A stretch of DNA of 44,612 nucleotides, from positions 380,143 to 424,754 of the forward strand of contig WELA01002119.1 of assembly GCA_009602735.1 (NCBI GenBank), given 5' to 3'. Under the pieces are notes generated by a model that had not been told where the DNA came from, made no database searches, and saw only the letters and a program-made list of their open reading frames with translations. The first letter of the stretch is position 1. Each line of letters begins with the position of its first letter. The DNA is from Mesotaenium endlicherianum. Its lineage: Eukaryota. A program made the position numbers and the translations under genes. Shown here piece by piece: positions 23,173 through 36,600 of this stretch.

Positions 23173-26100
23173 TTATTCCCTAAGGAAGTATGCAGGCGGG
23201 CGAGCTGCTACACTAGCAAAGGCTGCGCCTTCCTTGAGAGAATGGTCCAGTCACGTGCACTTGCCAGGGTCCTAGACACACGCAAGAGAACGGACACGTC
23301 GGCCTGGACCACATGCGGGTGCCACGCACCTTTTCCGCTCAGCTGCCGGATGTAGACGTTCCTCTCCGCAAGCCACTGCCGGCACATCTCTTTCACTGCG
23401 ACCGAGTCCTTCGCCTGCGCAACTCAGGCACGCAGTGCCGCGTCGTTATATAGAGGAGAGGGCCAGGCTTCCACCATCACCCCGACAACAGAGCTTCAGC
23501 AGATGCAGTGGCAACTGACACGGAACACCACAGCGCGTAAATGAGACACTAGTCCTTCAACCCCCCGAGTCCTCGACATCCATTGGAGAATGCAAGCGAC
23601 AAGCGTGGTGCGGCAGGAAGGGCCCTGCTAGTGCTTCCCCGCCAGCAGCTGAAACAGGGCCAAGAAGCTGGCAAGTGGGCCACAACAAAGAAGTGCTCCC
23701 CGCGTGCACTCTCTCAGCCACATTGCAATGGTCTTCCTGTAACATTCGCCACACCGTCAGCGCGGAAGGTAGAATGCAGCAGAGTGCCATGAGAGAAGGA
23801 GTATGGCTGTCTGATTGCTGCCAGGTGGCATTTCAAACGACTACTTTACACTTGAGGGTACTGCCCGTCCTTCCTGTGGCCGATGCCAAAAAGTGGCAGG
23901 CTGCGAGGGGGCGAGGGGGCGAGGGGCCGGGGGAGAGGGAGGGGGGTGGGGCGGAAGGCTGGTACCTCATGCTGCACAAAAATGACGTCGGCGACGGCGT
24001 TGGTGCTGGATGCCAGCTGGAAGGCCGTCTTCAGCCGCCCGCACGCCACGTACGCCAGCACCCTCCTGCACGTTTCGCATTCCGCAGAGGGAAGAGGGAC
24101 TCTTCTTTGAGAAGGAAGCTTAGCAAGTTCATCATTCCGAGGAGGCAGAAAGAGTTGGTGAGTGACACTGTCGTGAGAGCCCCAGCCGGCGCGCGGGCCA
24201 TTCAACCACGACGGTAACGGCAGCGGCACATACCGCCGGATCGACACGTGCGAGAAACATGGCAGACAAATACGTCGACAGCTGTCAGCTGCAGGTGGGG
24301 AACAACTGCTTCCAGTTGCCAAGAGTATCCAGCAGTGCACAAAGCAGTGCAGGTAGCTGGCCTCTGACTGATCCTACATAACTTAAACGTCCACAAGCAT
24401 CCTTAGCAACCATAGCGTCCTCTGTAATGACAGGAAAGCAGCAAAGGTGGGGACGGGGCCTGGCTGACCGGTGGTTGGAGGAGAGCTGGTCAATGAGCTT
24501 GTCGGGACGCTCGCGGTGCTTCTGCGCGTACACTCGGATCGCCACTCCCAGGACCTGCGCTCAAAAACCCACAGGGAGCCTTCAGGAGCTTGCACTCTGA
24601 CCAGAGGAGAGATACCGCGGGGGCTGCAGCATGGACCAGACTGATGCGCCAGAATGCCAGCTGGGCGTCGGAGGAAGAGTCATAGCGCCCTCTCATTCTC
24701 TCGCTCTCGCTCTTGCGCTGTTTCTCTCTGCCTCCCTCTCCCCCTCTCCCTCCAACTCCCTGAGCTCCCCTCTCTTCCTCCCCTGTTCCCCTCCCTCTAC
24801 CTCTATACCCCGTTTTCCTCGCCTGCTAAGAGCTAATGCTTGCTTTTGTGCTGCCATGTCCCGCAGAAGCGAATGCTTTTCTCCAACTGGAGAGCGTGCA
24901 GAAGAGGCTCGCCCTCAGCCCTCCCTCTCGAGAACACACCCGCGTACGTCCCAAATCTAGTCCACACGCTTCGCTCCCCCACCTCCGGACTCTGACCGGC
25001 TTGCAGAATGACCCATCTGCCCGACAAGTGTCCCCTCGTCGTCGTCCCGCGCCCCAGTCACCCAGTGTCCCCTCCCAATATCGATGCCGCATATCGGAGT
25101 CCACAAAGCACTAGAGCTGATGACTTGAGACACAGAATGTATCAAGCTCTATGAGCAAGCACAAAAAAAAAGGAGTTGCGCACGCACGCACGCACACACG
25201 CACACACGCACGCACGCACGCACGCACGCACGCGCGCGCGCGCGTACCTGGTCCCAGTCATTGTCGTCGAGCGTGCCCTTGATGTTGCGGATGACTTCCC
25301 ACAGCTGGTTGCTGCGCCGCCGCTCCGCCAGCGAGGCGGCCACGCCCGCGTACACGTGCGCGGCCGGCAGATTCAGCTCCACGATCATTCGGAACGCAAA
25401 TCCGAAGTTCTTCTCGGCCAGCTTCTCCGCCACCTCGCAGCGCCGCCTGCGCTCACACCCAAACGCGTGCACGTGCGTACGTGCACTTAGCTTCTCGTCA
25501 AGAAGCGTTCTGCGTTGAAGTTTGCACCCCGTGCATGTAAGGGCGCTGATAGCACTTGCTGCGCTAGCCCTGAGCTCTGCTTCTGCTTCTGCACAGCTGG
25601 AGCCAGGGAGACCCTGGGTTGAGTTGGTTTGCAGCAGGAGAAGATGGTCCACAGTCGCTGTATAGGAGAGGGGCAGTTGGCAGCAGCAGGCACCGGCAGC
25701 ATGTACCTGAGGGCGAGAGGCAGTCCTGTGCATATAGGAAAAGAGGGAGAGAGAGGGAGAAGTGAGTAGAGGGATAGAGAGAGAGAGGAAGGGAGATGGA
25801 GAGATGGAGAGAGCGAGCAAGAGGGGGAACGAGGAAGGGACAGAGGGAGGGAGGGAGGGAGGGAAGGGAGGTAGGGAGGGAGCGCACGCACTTGAGAGTC
25901 TCGGGCTCGTTGGGGTTTCCGAAGAGCGACACCTTCCACGGCATGTCGTGCGGGTCCCCCACCGCCTGCAACACGTCTATCTGCGCACTCGCCACTCGCC
26001 AGCTGGCACCTCATCAGCACGCCACACCATTTGACAAGTTCGCCCATCTGGCCCCGCTCCTGCCCCTTCCCCTCCCGTTCAGCCATTCCTGTTTTTCTAA

Positions 26101-27590
26101 TACACGCTACCTTCTGCTCTCTTGGTTCAGCGCTGCGTAGCAGAAGCTGCGAACGAGGGTGCTCAGGGCAGGTGGATGCCACGTCTGTGGCGCGTAGGAA
26201 AAACTCGCAAGGCAACAGAATACCAGGGAAGAAGCCCACAGGAGAAGGAGCTGGCTTATGCGCAGATGAGCATTGATGCAGATTCCATACTTTCTCTCAG
26301 CCACTGCAATTGCAGAGACTGACACAGAAAGCGCGTCCCAGCCATGCGGGGTGAGGAGGGAGGGAGGGAGGGAGGGGGGGGGGGGGTGAAGCGGGGCAGG
26401 GAGGAGGGATGGGAGGAGGCTGAGGGAGGTCATTCAGCGCCCACAGAGACCTGCAGGGCGCTGACAACGCGCAGCTTCAGAAGCTCCTCCTCGCTGAGCT
26501 TGGCCGCCGCGTTCTTCCCTCGCGCCAGGCGCGTCCTGGCCCCCTCGCCCGACAGCTGTCGCGCCGCCTGGCCCTCGTCAAAGTGGTCCTGTACGCAGGC
26601 GCGCGCCAGCACGCCAGCACATCAGTATGCCATCAACCCCACCGTACCAGCCGCACGCACGCCAGCAAGCAGATGCACTCGCAGGCAAGTCAGACAGGCG
26701 GATAAGAAAACCCCCCCTTTCCCATCGCACCAGGCAAGGCCCTGATGCAAGCATCGGTCATTCGCTCGCACCACCTGGGCTCGACTGGTGGGCGTGCCAG
26801 GGCTGTTATCTTCAGGAGGGAAAAGGGTAGATGAGAATAGGGGGGGTCAGGTCTGAGAATATAACGCTCTGTCTTGCGCCCCACTACGTGGCTTGAACGG
26901 AAACGTCATGCACACGTGCAAATCTTATACTTTTTTTTTTGGTTGTGAAACTCCCTTGATGCCGGATGTGCATGGTCATCTGACAAAAATTTTGACTTAG
27001 ACGTCAGAAGCAAAGACAGAGAAACTCCAAGCCAGCCTGTGCAGGACAGGAGGTGCCAGCTGTCAACCTTGGCGCGCTCCAGGTGGCGCAGGGCCTCCTC
27101 ATGCGACGGCTCGTTGATGAACAGCTGGATGCACGTGAGGCCCGCGGCCACGTGCTCCTTCTGCAGCATCTGCGCATCCGAGGCGGGGACCACACACTCT
27201 ATCCTCGTCAGCTGAACAAGGCAGGGACGTCGCCGGTACCCTCCAGGAGGGCATTATTTAACGTCCCCATGGAATGTACTTCCGAAGTTTGCGCAGGGGC
27301 TGTAACATCACAGCACTCGCGTCATTGATACTGGTGCCTCTACGATATGCCTCCGGTATGCTGCGACTTTCTTTCAAAAACCTACAACCCGTGTGTGTGT
27401 GTCGTTTACTGACCAGTAACACACTTAAGAAATCTAAGATACAAGCATGGAATATGGATATGTGTGTATATGCTCTCGTCTACTCACAAAGAATATTCTA
27501 TTCACTGAGCAGGTTATGCGCAGATCCATATACTTCCAGCTACATCTTCATAGAAGGAGACAGATATGTGCACACACCCGCACACCCACC

Positions 27591-27661
<71 letters not shown>

Positions 27662-30600
27662 CGACCATGCGCTTGCGCACCTGGAACGTGTGCAAGTGGT
27701 GGAAGTGGCGGTGCGCCTCGAAGTGCGCGCAGATGCGCACAAGCGCCGCCGCCGTGTGCTGCGCCACCGGGTCCAGGGCAGCAGCGCCCCCCCCTCTGGG
27801 CGCGCGCGCTCTCGCGCTAGCCGCCCCTCCCCCCCTGGCTGTGATGGCTCTCTCCAGCACTCTGACGGCGTCGTGCGTCACGCAGAGAGCGCACAGCTCG
27901 TCGATGGTGCCGTGATCGGTGGCCAGGGGGTCGGGCCTCTGAGGCGAGGAGGAGGCGGCCTGGGTGGCGAACGAGGAGGGGCCAGGTGGCGGCGGGACGG
28001 CGTCGGGCGGGAAGAGGAGGAGGCAGGCGTCGCGGTAGCGGCCGTGGCGGAACATGAAGGGCAGCATCTCCCGCCTTGCGTACTGCTTGCTTGGCCGAGG
28101 GGCGAGCGGGGGCGGAAGAGAGGCAGAGAGAGAGAGGGAGGAAGAGAGAGGTAGTGTGAGAGAAGCGCAGGAGGGCACAGGCACACAAGTGCACGCACCA
28201 CATGCGTGTGTGTGTGTGTGTGTGTGTGTATTACAGGCAAACGAGTCCGCCCAGTTTGACGTAATTGTCTGAACCACTACTCAGCCACCTCCCATCACAT
28301 GCAAAAGTTGGGGCAACGCAAACACAAGCGCCAATGTCACGCGCTCAGATGGCACCGTCCAGAACAGGGCAAGCCCCTCACGCAGCAGCGGAGGATCTGT
28401 ACAACCCTGACCAAGCACTTAATTGCACAATTGGAAGGGGATAAAACAAGGCCCTCCATCCTGCAGAGAGGTAGTGAGCTACCACAGGTCCTCCTGGAGT
28501 AACAATTTTGTGTCTCACAATTTACCATTTGAAAAACTTCCCGCGCGGATAGAGTGCGCGCTGTGGCACACACGGACCTTGTTGAGGTAAAAGAGGCACT
28601 CCTCGTAGCGCACGCTGTCCAGATGGCTGGTTCTGGGCCCATCCTCGTCAGCGCTCCCGACGGAGACGCGAGCGTACGCGCCTTCGGCGCCCTCTGCGTC
28701 GGCCCCCGCCTTGCGTTGGGGTGTGGTGCGCATGCCAGCTGGCACGTTGAGAGCGCTCAGGTAGGACTCCGTGGACAGCGCCTCCTGCGCCGAGTACTTC
28801 ACCGTCTTCTCCGTCTCTTCGTACCTGCGGGAGGTCACAAAAATACACGAGCACACACGCACGCATGCGCGCGTATGCACACACACACACATGGAGTGGC
28901 TACGTCACGCAACGTATGCTGCCAAGCACAGGGAGCGGAGCGTTTGTCCTACAAACGTTGATCAAGCGCCTGCGCCTGCACCTCTTTCCCTACTCCGCAA
29001 CGCACACCAGCAGCTGCGCGCTGTCCCATGCTTACAGCCCTTGCAGGACCCATTCCTCAGGGCCACCAGGGGGGGCCGAGAAAAGATTGGAACCCAAGGA
29101 GAGGAAGTCACAATGCGGTGATGCATCTCCACACGCGGGGAGGCAGAGGCGGGAGGGAGCTCGGAAGGGCCGGGCATTGCAAGCGGGGAGACAGCGGGGC
29201 AAAAATAAAAGGGGGGGGGGTGGGGAGGTGGGGGATGTGAGGCCAGCTCAGGGCTCCACTTTTCCAAAAACTCTGCGGAGCAGGGGGCACCATCGAGGGG
29301 GAGGGGCAGAAGGGGGGCGAAAGGGCAAAAGGGCGGGAGTGGGGAGGAGGGGGGGTGTCGCATACAGGGCTTGGGCGGCGGCGACATCCACGGGCACCAC
29401 ACTCTCCAGCGTGGCCACCACCAGGCTCACTATGTCCATGGGGTCTCCGCGGTGCTCCAGCATGGCTTGCCTGCGCGCCAACCCAGCACCAACCCCCATC
29501 GCACACACACACACACTCACAAATGGTGACATGTGTTGGGCGCGCACGCTTGCCTCCTTGTAGGTGAAAGGGAAACAAAATCCAGGGTGGGGCCATCACT
29601 TGTCACTACTACTTATCTCTGTGTCGCTTTCGTTCGCCCCCCTCTCTCTCTCTTGGTCCCCTCCTTTCTTGCACTCCCCCGTGCAGCAGTAACTCACGGC
29701 GGGTCGTGCAGCTCACCCCATGCACAAGCAAGAGAGAAGAAAGAGGAGGCGGAAGCAGAGGTAGAAAGGGGCTACGTTGCTAGGAGCTACGGGACGAAAG
29801 CTGCAAGGGAGGGAGGGAGGGAGGAAGGGTGGGAGGGAGGAAGGGAGAGGCTGGGAGGTACCTGAACTTGTTGCGCGCAGAGCCGTACTTTCCGAGAAGC
29901 AGCAGCGCCTGGCCCCACGCGGTCCACACGGGCACGCTGTCCAGCTGCACTCCCCCACGCCCGCCCAGGACCACGCTCTCTCACTCACCTTCACGTTCCA
30001 GCGCTTGAAAAACCAGTTGCAGACAATCTCAAATCACATTCCCTTCCTCCCTCCACATTCCAAATTACCATTTGCATTCCAGTTCACTTGATGAACTTTA
30101 TCTCTGCCTTTCCCTTCTTATTTCTGACACGTGTTCGTTCCACATGTCTTGCTTCCCCATATCCTTGCAGCTGAGAGAGGGCAACAAGCCCCCAGCAACT
30201 AGCGCAGCAGTTTCTAGTCAGGTGCATGCGAGTCCACTCTTTGACGCTCAATGGTGGCAAGCCCGCCTCTTGAGACTGGCCAGCTGCTGACTGCAGCCCA
30301 ATAAAATGATATGAAGAAGCATTTCTCCCTTGTGCCGCATACTCTCCCTTTTCCACCTCCATGGGAAGGGGACGTGCTTGCACATCGGAAGCAGGAGCAG
30401 GGAGGAGGAGGAGGAGGAGGAAGAGAGAGGAAGACTCCTCTCGTCAGTAGGCCGCACTCTTGCGCACTCTTCCGCAAGGTGTGCCGTGCCCCACACGTGC
30501 CACACATGCGTGACCGCCCATCGAGGAAGCCAGCGCCCTCAGCGCACGACACCTGGCAGGTACCGGGAGCCTCCACACACACACACCTGCCCAAGTTGAC

Positions 30601-33600
30601 AGGGGTCTGAAGCTCCCAGAAGGAGGACTGTGGGAGGAATGGCGGGGGGGGGCTCCCAGGCAGAGCCGACCTTGAGCTTGGCGCACACTTGGCGGGCCAG
30701 CGTGTAGCGCTCCGCCTCCACGAGCCTGTCCCGCAGCTGCACCGCGCTGCCCTCAGCCTCCAGGTCCCCGATGCTGGCAGCCACGCCCGCGCCCAGCAGG
30801 CCCTGCAGCAGCTCCACCCGCGCCAGCCACGCCTCCGTCTCCGCGTGCAGCTCCCCCAGATACGCCTCCCTTTGCCGCGCCTCGCTCTCCGCCGCCAGGC
30901 CCAGGCTCTCGCCCCCCCCCCTCACCTCGCTGCTGGTAGACCGCAGGAGGGATTGCTCCGACGCCGCCCGGCTGCCCATGCCGCCCCCAGGGCCGCCGCT
31001 CCCCAGGTAGGCGCCAGGTGGCGCGACGGGGGAGGCTTGCAGGGACGCTATGGCGCTGCTGGGCACGGGGCTGGTACCTGCGCTCGTCAAATAGTCCCCG
31101 GCCCCGCCTCCCATCCTGCTGCTTGTGCTCCCCAAATAGTCCCCTATTCCCCCCCTCTCACCGGTGACCCCAGCCCCCCTGAAGCTCCGATTGGAGGGCC
31201 CGCCAGCCCCTGCTATCCCCACGCCCCATCCCGGGCCGCCAGCTGTGCTGCCTTCGCCGTCGTCCGTTTGATCGTCGTCCGGGGGGCTGCGAGCTGAAGC
31301 CTCCTCGTCCTTGAAGCTGCCACCTGCCGCTCCGCCGCGCGTGGCGCCCTCGCTGAGGTGGCGCGCAAGGAGGCCCCTGGCATGCTGGAGGGCCTGTTGA
31401 CGCAGAAGAGACCACGGAGGGTTGCACGCCTCAAATCAAAATGTTAGACGCTACAATAAGCTGCATGCTTGTCACAGAGCTGAATGGAGAACAGGAAGAA
31501 TACCCTCCCAGATATTGTGCTGTGTGTCAAAGGGACTGGTCTATAATGCCGCCGATTTTTGCGGTGCATCGAGCCAGTAGCCTCCCCCTCCGGTCTTCAC
31601 AGGCGTGCAATGGAAGCCCTGCGGGTGACCTTGCTGGGAGGCTAGTGCAGAGCCAGAGCCAGTAAGCATGCTTGCTTCTGCGCTGCATGCATGCATGCAG
31701 GCAGGGCCTCCGTCAGTGCTCTCGCCATATGCACGTGGGCCCGTGCTTCACCTGCATGCTGATGTTGACCCTAGCGGTCCGTCGCGGGCCTAGTATCCAG
31801 GGGGGACGACACGTGTGGCTGAGGGGCGGGGGGGGGAAGAGAGGGGGGGTAGGCACCTCGACGTACTCGCCCGCAGCATACAGGGCTTGTTCCACGGCCA
31901 CCGTAGGCGCGCCACCTGGCAGGCGCTCTGCGGACAGCACGTTGCGGACGTGGCCCACGCAGATGCTGATGGTGGACGTGACAGCTGTCGCCTCGTCCAG
32001 GCAGAGGCCGACGAGCGCCTGCACGTGCTTTTGGAGAGAGAAAGCGAGAGAGACAGTGGGCCAAATAAGAAGCGGCAGTGGCAGACAACACAGGCGTAGG
32101 TCCGGGTCGCATCATTGCCCCTTCCGCCCGCCTCCCTGGAAGGACAGCATCCCAGTCGCAGGCGCATATGCGCATTCTGCGGAGAAATGGCGACAGCGTC
32201 ACAACGGCACCTCAAAACGGCCCTGCGCACCTGCTGTTACACAGGGCAGCCACATCCAGACCTGAGATGAGACCGCCTGTGCAGCAGAGAGAATCGAGGG
32301 GGGAACTTGAGAGAGGCGCAAGCCAGGCTAGCGGGGGAGCCGCCAAGCAAGCAGGCAGGCGGGCAGGCTGGGGCCACACCTTGAAGAGAGCAGCGCTGGG
32401 GATGGCGGGGAAGCTGTGGGAGCGGCGCACGGCCGCGTCCTTTGCAGGGTCTCCCGTGAGCACCCACTCGCTCATGGCCACAGCTGTCGCCGCCACGCGC
32501 TCCGCCATGGCGTCGCCGCCACCTGGCACCGCAGTCCGCTGCTCCAGGAGCGTGTTCAGCTCCGGCGGCCCCCCCCCCACGCGCTCCGACTGCGCCTTGG
32601 TTCTCCTGGGCCTCTCGCTGCCGCCCTCCCCCAGCTCCTTCCCAAGAGCCCCCTTCTCTGAGCCTCTCTCCCCTCCCCCCCTCCTGCCCTTGGCCCTCCC
32701 TCTCTCCCCGTCCCGGGCCCTCTCGCTCTCCACCTCCCTCTCGCCCCATCCTCTCTCACCGCCCGCCTGCCCGGAGGTGCCAGGCTCCTCGCCGGACCCG
32801 GCCATGGCCTCCCACGGGAGCAGGAGGGGCAGTTTTGACGCCCCAGCCCTGGCAGGAGGGGCAGAGTTGCTCTCCTTTGCCGCTCCGCCCCCCCGGCCCA
32901 CGCCGTCTCTAGCCCCCCCCCAGGAAGGGAAGACCCGGCTCAGGCCTGCAGCCAGTGATGGGCTCCCTTTCAGGGGGCTGCGCGAGCGACCCGCCTCGGG
33001 GCCCCCTGTCAGCGACTTGGACCTCACGGGCGGAGGGGACGGCAGCTGCTGGAACGCCACCTGGCGCCTGTAGTCCGCGGGCTCGGGGTCCAGGGCTTTG
33101 GCGGCATAGGTGAGCACGAGGGCGTCGTCGCGCAAGAACGAAAACTCCTGCAGAAGCTGCAGAGCCACAAGGGACGCACCCGGCTTGTTAGAGGCCGCTT
33201 GCATGTCTGCCACGTGGCAGATGCACGCCACGCTGCCTCTGCGGGATTGCTTGGCGCACAATGTGTTACGATGCTATCCCTCTCTCTCCTTCTCACTCAC
33301 ACATGCGCGCACGCGCATGAGGGAGTGACACCCCCCCTCCTGCATAGTACCCAGATGGGATCGGCCGCATGTGACGAGGAGAATGGACGTATGAGACACG
33401 CCTGGATTGCATGTTCAGTTTCGCTGTGCTCCGTGTGCAGTGATGTCTGCTGATGACTCACACTCAGCACTGAGATGCACTGCGCTGCTGCTGCTGCTGC
33501 TGCCACCACCGTCTGCTGCACTGCTGCAGCTTTGCAGCCCCACCAAGAAGCACGCGTGCGGTAGGCCAACCACGCTACGCTGGACATGTACGCGCAAGTC

Positions 33601-36600
33601 TGGAGTCCTGAAATCGGATCCGAACCCGATTCCTAAGTCAGATGCACAATCCCAATGCAAAGTATCAACAAGGAGCACGCAGCCGCTCATCACAAGGGGG
33701 CTGGGGGGGACAGAGGGTGGGAGGGGGGGAGAGATGAGCGGTGCAAAGGTACTAGCGCTTCGAAACAAGTGCCTTCCCCCTTACTAGTAGGGTTGCTGCT
33801 TTTGTGCCAAGTGGAAGCAGAGCAGCAGCAGCAGCATGGGACCTCACCCCGCCAACTCCAAGCCCTCACCCCGAAGCGCAAACACAGCCATCTCCCAAAG
33901 AGGGGCCCTAAGACTCCCTCTCACCTGGGAGGCAGCGGGGATCTGCTTCCACATGAGCAGAGTCTCGAAGATGAGGCGCGGGTGCGCCGCGAGCGCCGCG
34001 CAGCGCTGCTGCCAGGGCCGCGCCAGCCGCTGCAGCACCTGCAGGCCGCGCGCCAGCTCGCCCAGCGCGCGCCTCTGCTCCTCGCTCAGCACCTCCCCGC
34101 GCCTCTTCAGCAGGAATCGCACCTGCACACGCACGCACGCATGCACACGCACGCGCCCGCGCGCGCTCCCACGTGAGCGTACTCTAAATTGTGTCTTGTG
34201 CGCGCGCTCGTTCGTGTTGTAGGCGTGCGCGGGCAGGCAAGGCAGGCACGCTGACACGCGATCGAGTGCAAGGGGTCTGTGCTGGTGTGGACGTGTGCAA
34301 GCATGTGTGCACGGGGGCTGCATGTGTGCGTGCAATCATGCGTGCGTGCATGCATGCGGAGGAGGGCAGGAGCGGGGGTGGATGGGTGGATGCCCATGGG
34401 GCGGGGGGGGAATGAGAGTGAGGAAAGAGCAAGATGACTCGGCTTACCAGCAGCTGCTTGGAGTGCAGCGACTCAAGCTGCTCAATGGCAGCCATGGCTA
34501 TAGGCAGCGCGTCGCTGGCCCTGGCCCTCTCGAGGTACTTGAGCCCCGCGGCCGCGCCGGCTCCCTTGGTGGGGTCCCCGACCAGGAGGAGCGACACCTG
34601 GCGGCCATGCAGCTCCTGCTGCAGCTCCGGCCGCAGCTCGTACGCTTCTGCCACCTGCACGGCCGACGCGACAGCGCCCTTGGCGGCCAGCCGCAGCGCC
34701 AGCCCCTCCGCGTCTCTCTCGCAGAAAGCCTCCACCTGCACGCGTGCCCACACGCATGCTCACAGCTGCCCATGATCAGATGAGAAGAGCTTCCTCTGCT
34801 GCACGCGCGCATGCTCGTACCTGTGCACGGTGAAAGTCAAGTGCAACCCCTCTGCGCGCATGCTTGTGGTTGCGCATCATGCGGCCGAGCGGAACTTTTC
34901 TGCTCACCATGCAAGTGCTGACATTTATTCGTTAAGTAAGTCTGAGTGCGGCCCCTCCACTGCGCCTCACCCACAGGAGGGTTGCACATGCACATGCGTA
35001 TGTGCATGCATAGGCACGTGCACGCGTGCGCGGTGGCAGCAGTGGACGGGGTCAAACGGGGGACACAGGTCGGGGCTCGGGTGAAGCTTAGCCAGTCCGT
35101 TGGCCCGCACTGCCATCAAGTGCGCCCACTCAGATGCATCACCCCCCTGAGCAAGCTGCCCCCGGAGCTGCCCCCCAAGAAGCATATATGGTAGAGAGTG
35201 GCGCCAAAGCCCAGCCTCTCTGTCCTCTCAAATTCAAAACTTGGGGTGTAAGGAGCGTAATGGGGCTGGGGGCGGGGGCGGGGGNNNNNNNNNNNNNNNN
35301 NNNNNNNNNNNNNNNNNNNNNNNNNNNNNNGGGGGGGGGCGAGGGGGGCAAAGGAGATGTTCACGAAAGGCATATGCCCTGGATCCATTCTGCGGAAGCT
35401 CAGGTCACTTATGGGAGGCGGCTGAGAGCACCCGCGAAGAGCACGAGAAGGGAGGGTGTAAGCACAGCTGGGGGGGGAGCACGTTTGACAAGCGGGGCCC
35501 CGCTGCATGCAGCGGCCCTCTTGCCGCTGCAGGCAGAGGGCAGTGGCGGCGCAGCGACAGCGCACCTCTTGCCAGGGCTGCAGCTGGGGGTCCGCCTCGA
35601 GGATGGCCGCAAAGCGCTGCAGCTGCTCCCGCCTCACGCTCACCTGCTCCTCCATCACGCGCATTCGACGCGCATCCGGGCGTTAGCACCGGAGCTCTCA
35701 TAGGGGCTTCATTCCCACAATAGCCTCAACACCATGACATGCTTCTCCACCTGGCGGGAATGCAGAGGCCCCCGAAGCCCAGCCACGGCTCCATTGTCAT
35801 TAAATAGAGAGGCTAGAGACTAGAGGCTAGACGCTAGATGCTAGCGTTCTTCCGCACGGACAGGCAGAGTTACTCTGCATGCATGCAGTCGCGCACGCGC
35901 ATGCACGCATGCACGCAGGTGTCGGAGGCACACGTGTATGGATGGGCAGAGGGGGCCCAGCTCCAGCAGAACAAACACGCACCTCCCTGTAGAGGGGCGA
36001 GGAGGACGCCAGGTGGCAGAGGCACATGAGGAGCACATCCAGGGCCGGCTCCAATTCCCATCTCTGCATGTGCCTGCAGCTCCCCCCCCTCCCCCCCCCC
36101 CCCACCTCAAAAAGCNNNNNNNNNNNNNNNNNNNNNNNNNNNNNNNNNNNNNNNNNNNNNNNNNNNNNNNNNNNNNNNNNNNNNNNNNNNNNNNNNNNNN
36201 NNNNNNNNNNNNNNNNNNNNNNNNNNNNNNNNNNNNNNNNNNNNNNNNNNNNNNNNNNNNNNNNNNNNNNNNNNNNNNNNNNNNNNNNNNNNNNNNNNNN
36301 NNNNNNNNNNNNNNNNNNNNNNNNNNNNNNNNNNNNNNNNNNNNNNNNNNNNNNNNNNNNNNNNNNNNNNNNNNNNNNNNNNNNNNNNNNNNNNNNNNNN
36401 NNNNNNNNNNNNNNNNNNNNNNNNNNNNNNNNNNNNNNNNNNNNNNNNNNNNNNNNNNNNNNNNNNNNNNNNNNNNNNNNNNNNNNNNNNNNNNNNNNNN
36501 NNNNNNNNNNNNNNNNNNNNNNNNNNNNNNNNNNNNNNNNNNNNNNNNNNNNNNNNNNNNNNNNNNNNNNNNNNNNNNNNNNNNNNNNNNNNNNNNNNNN

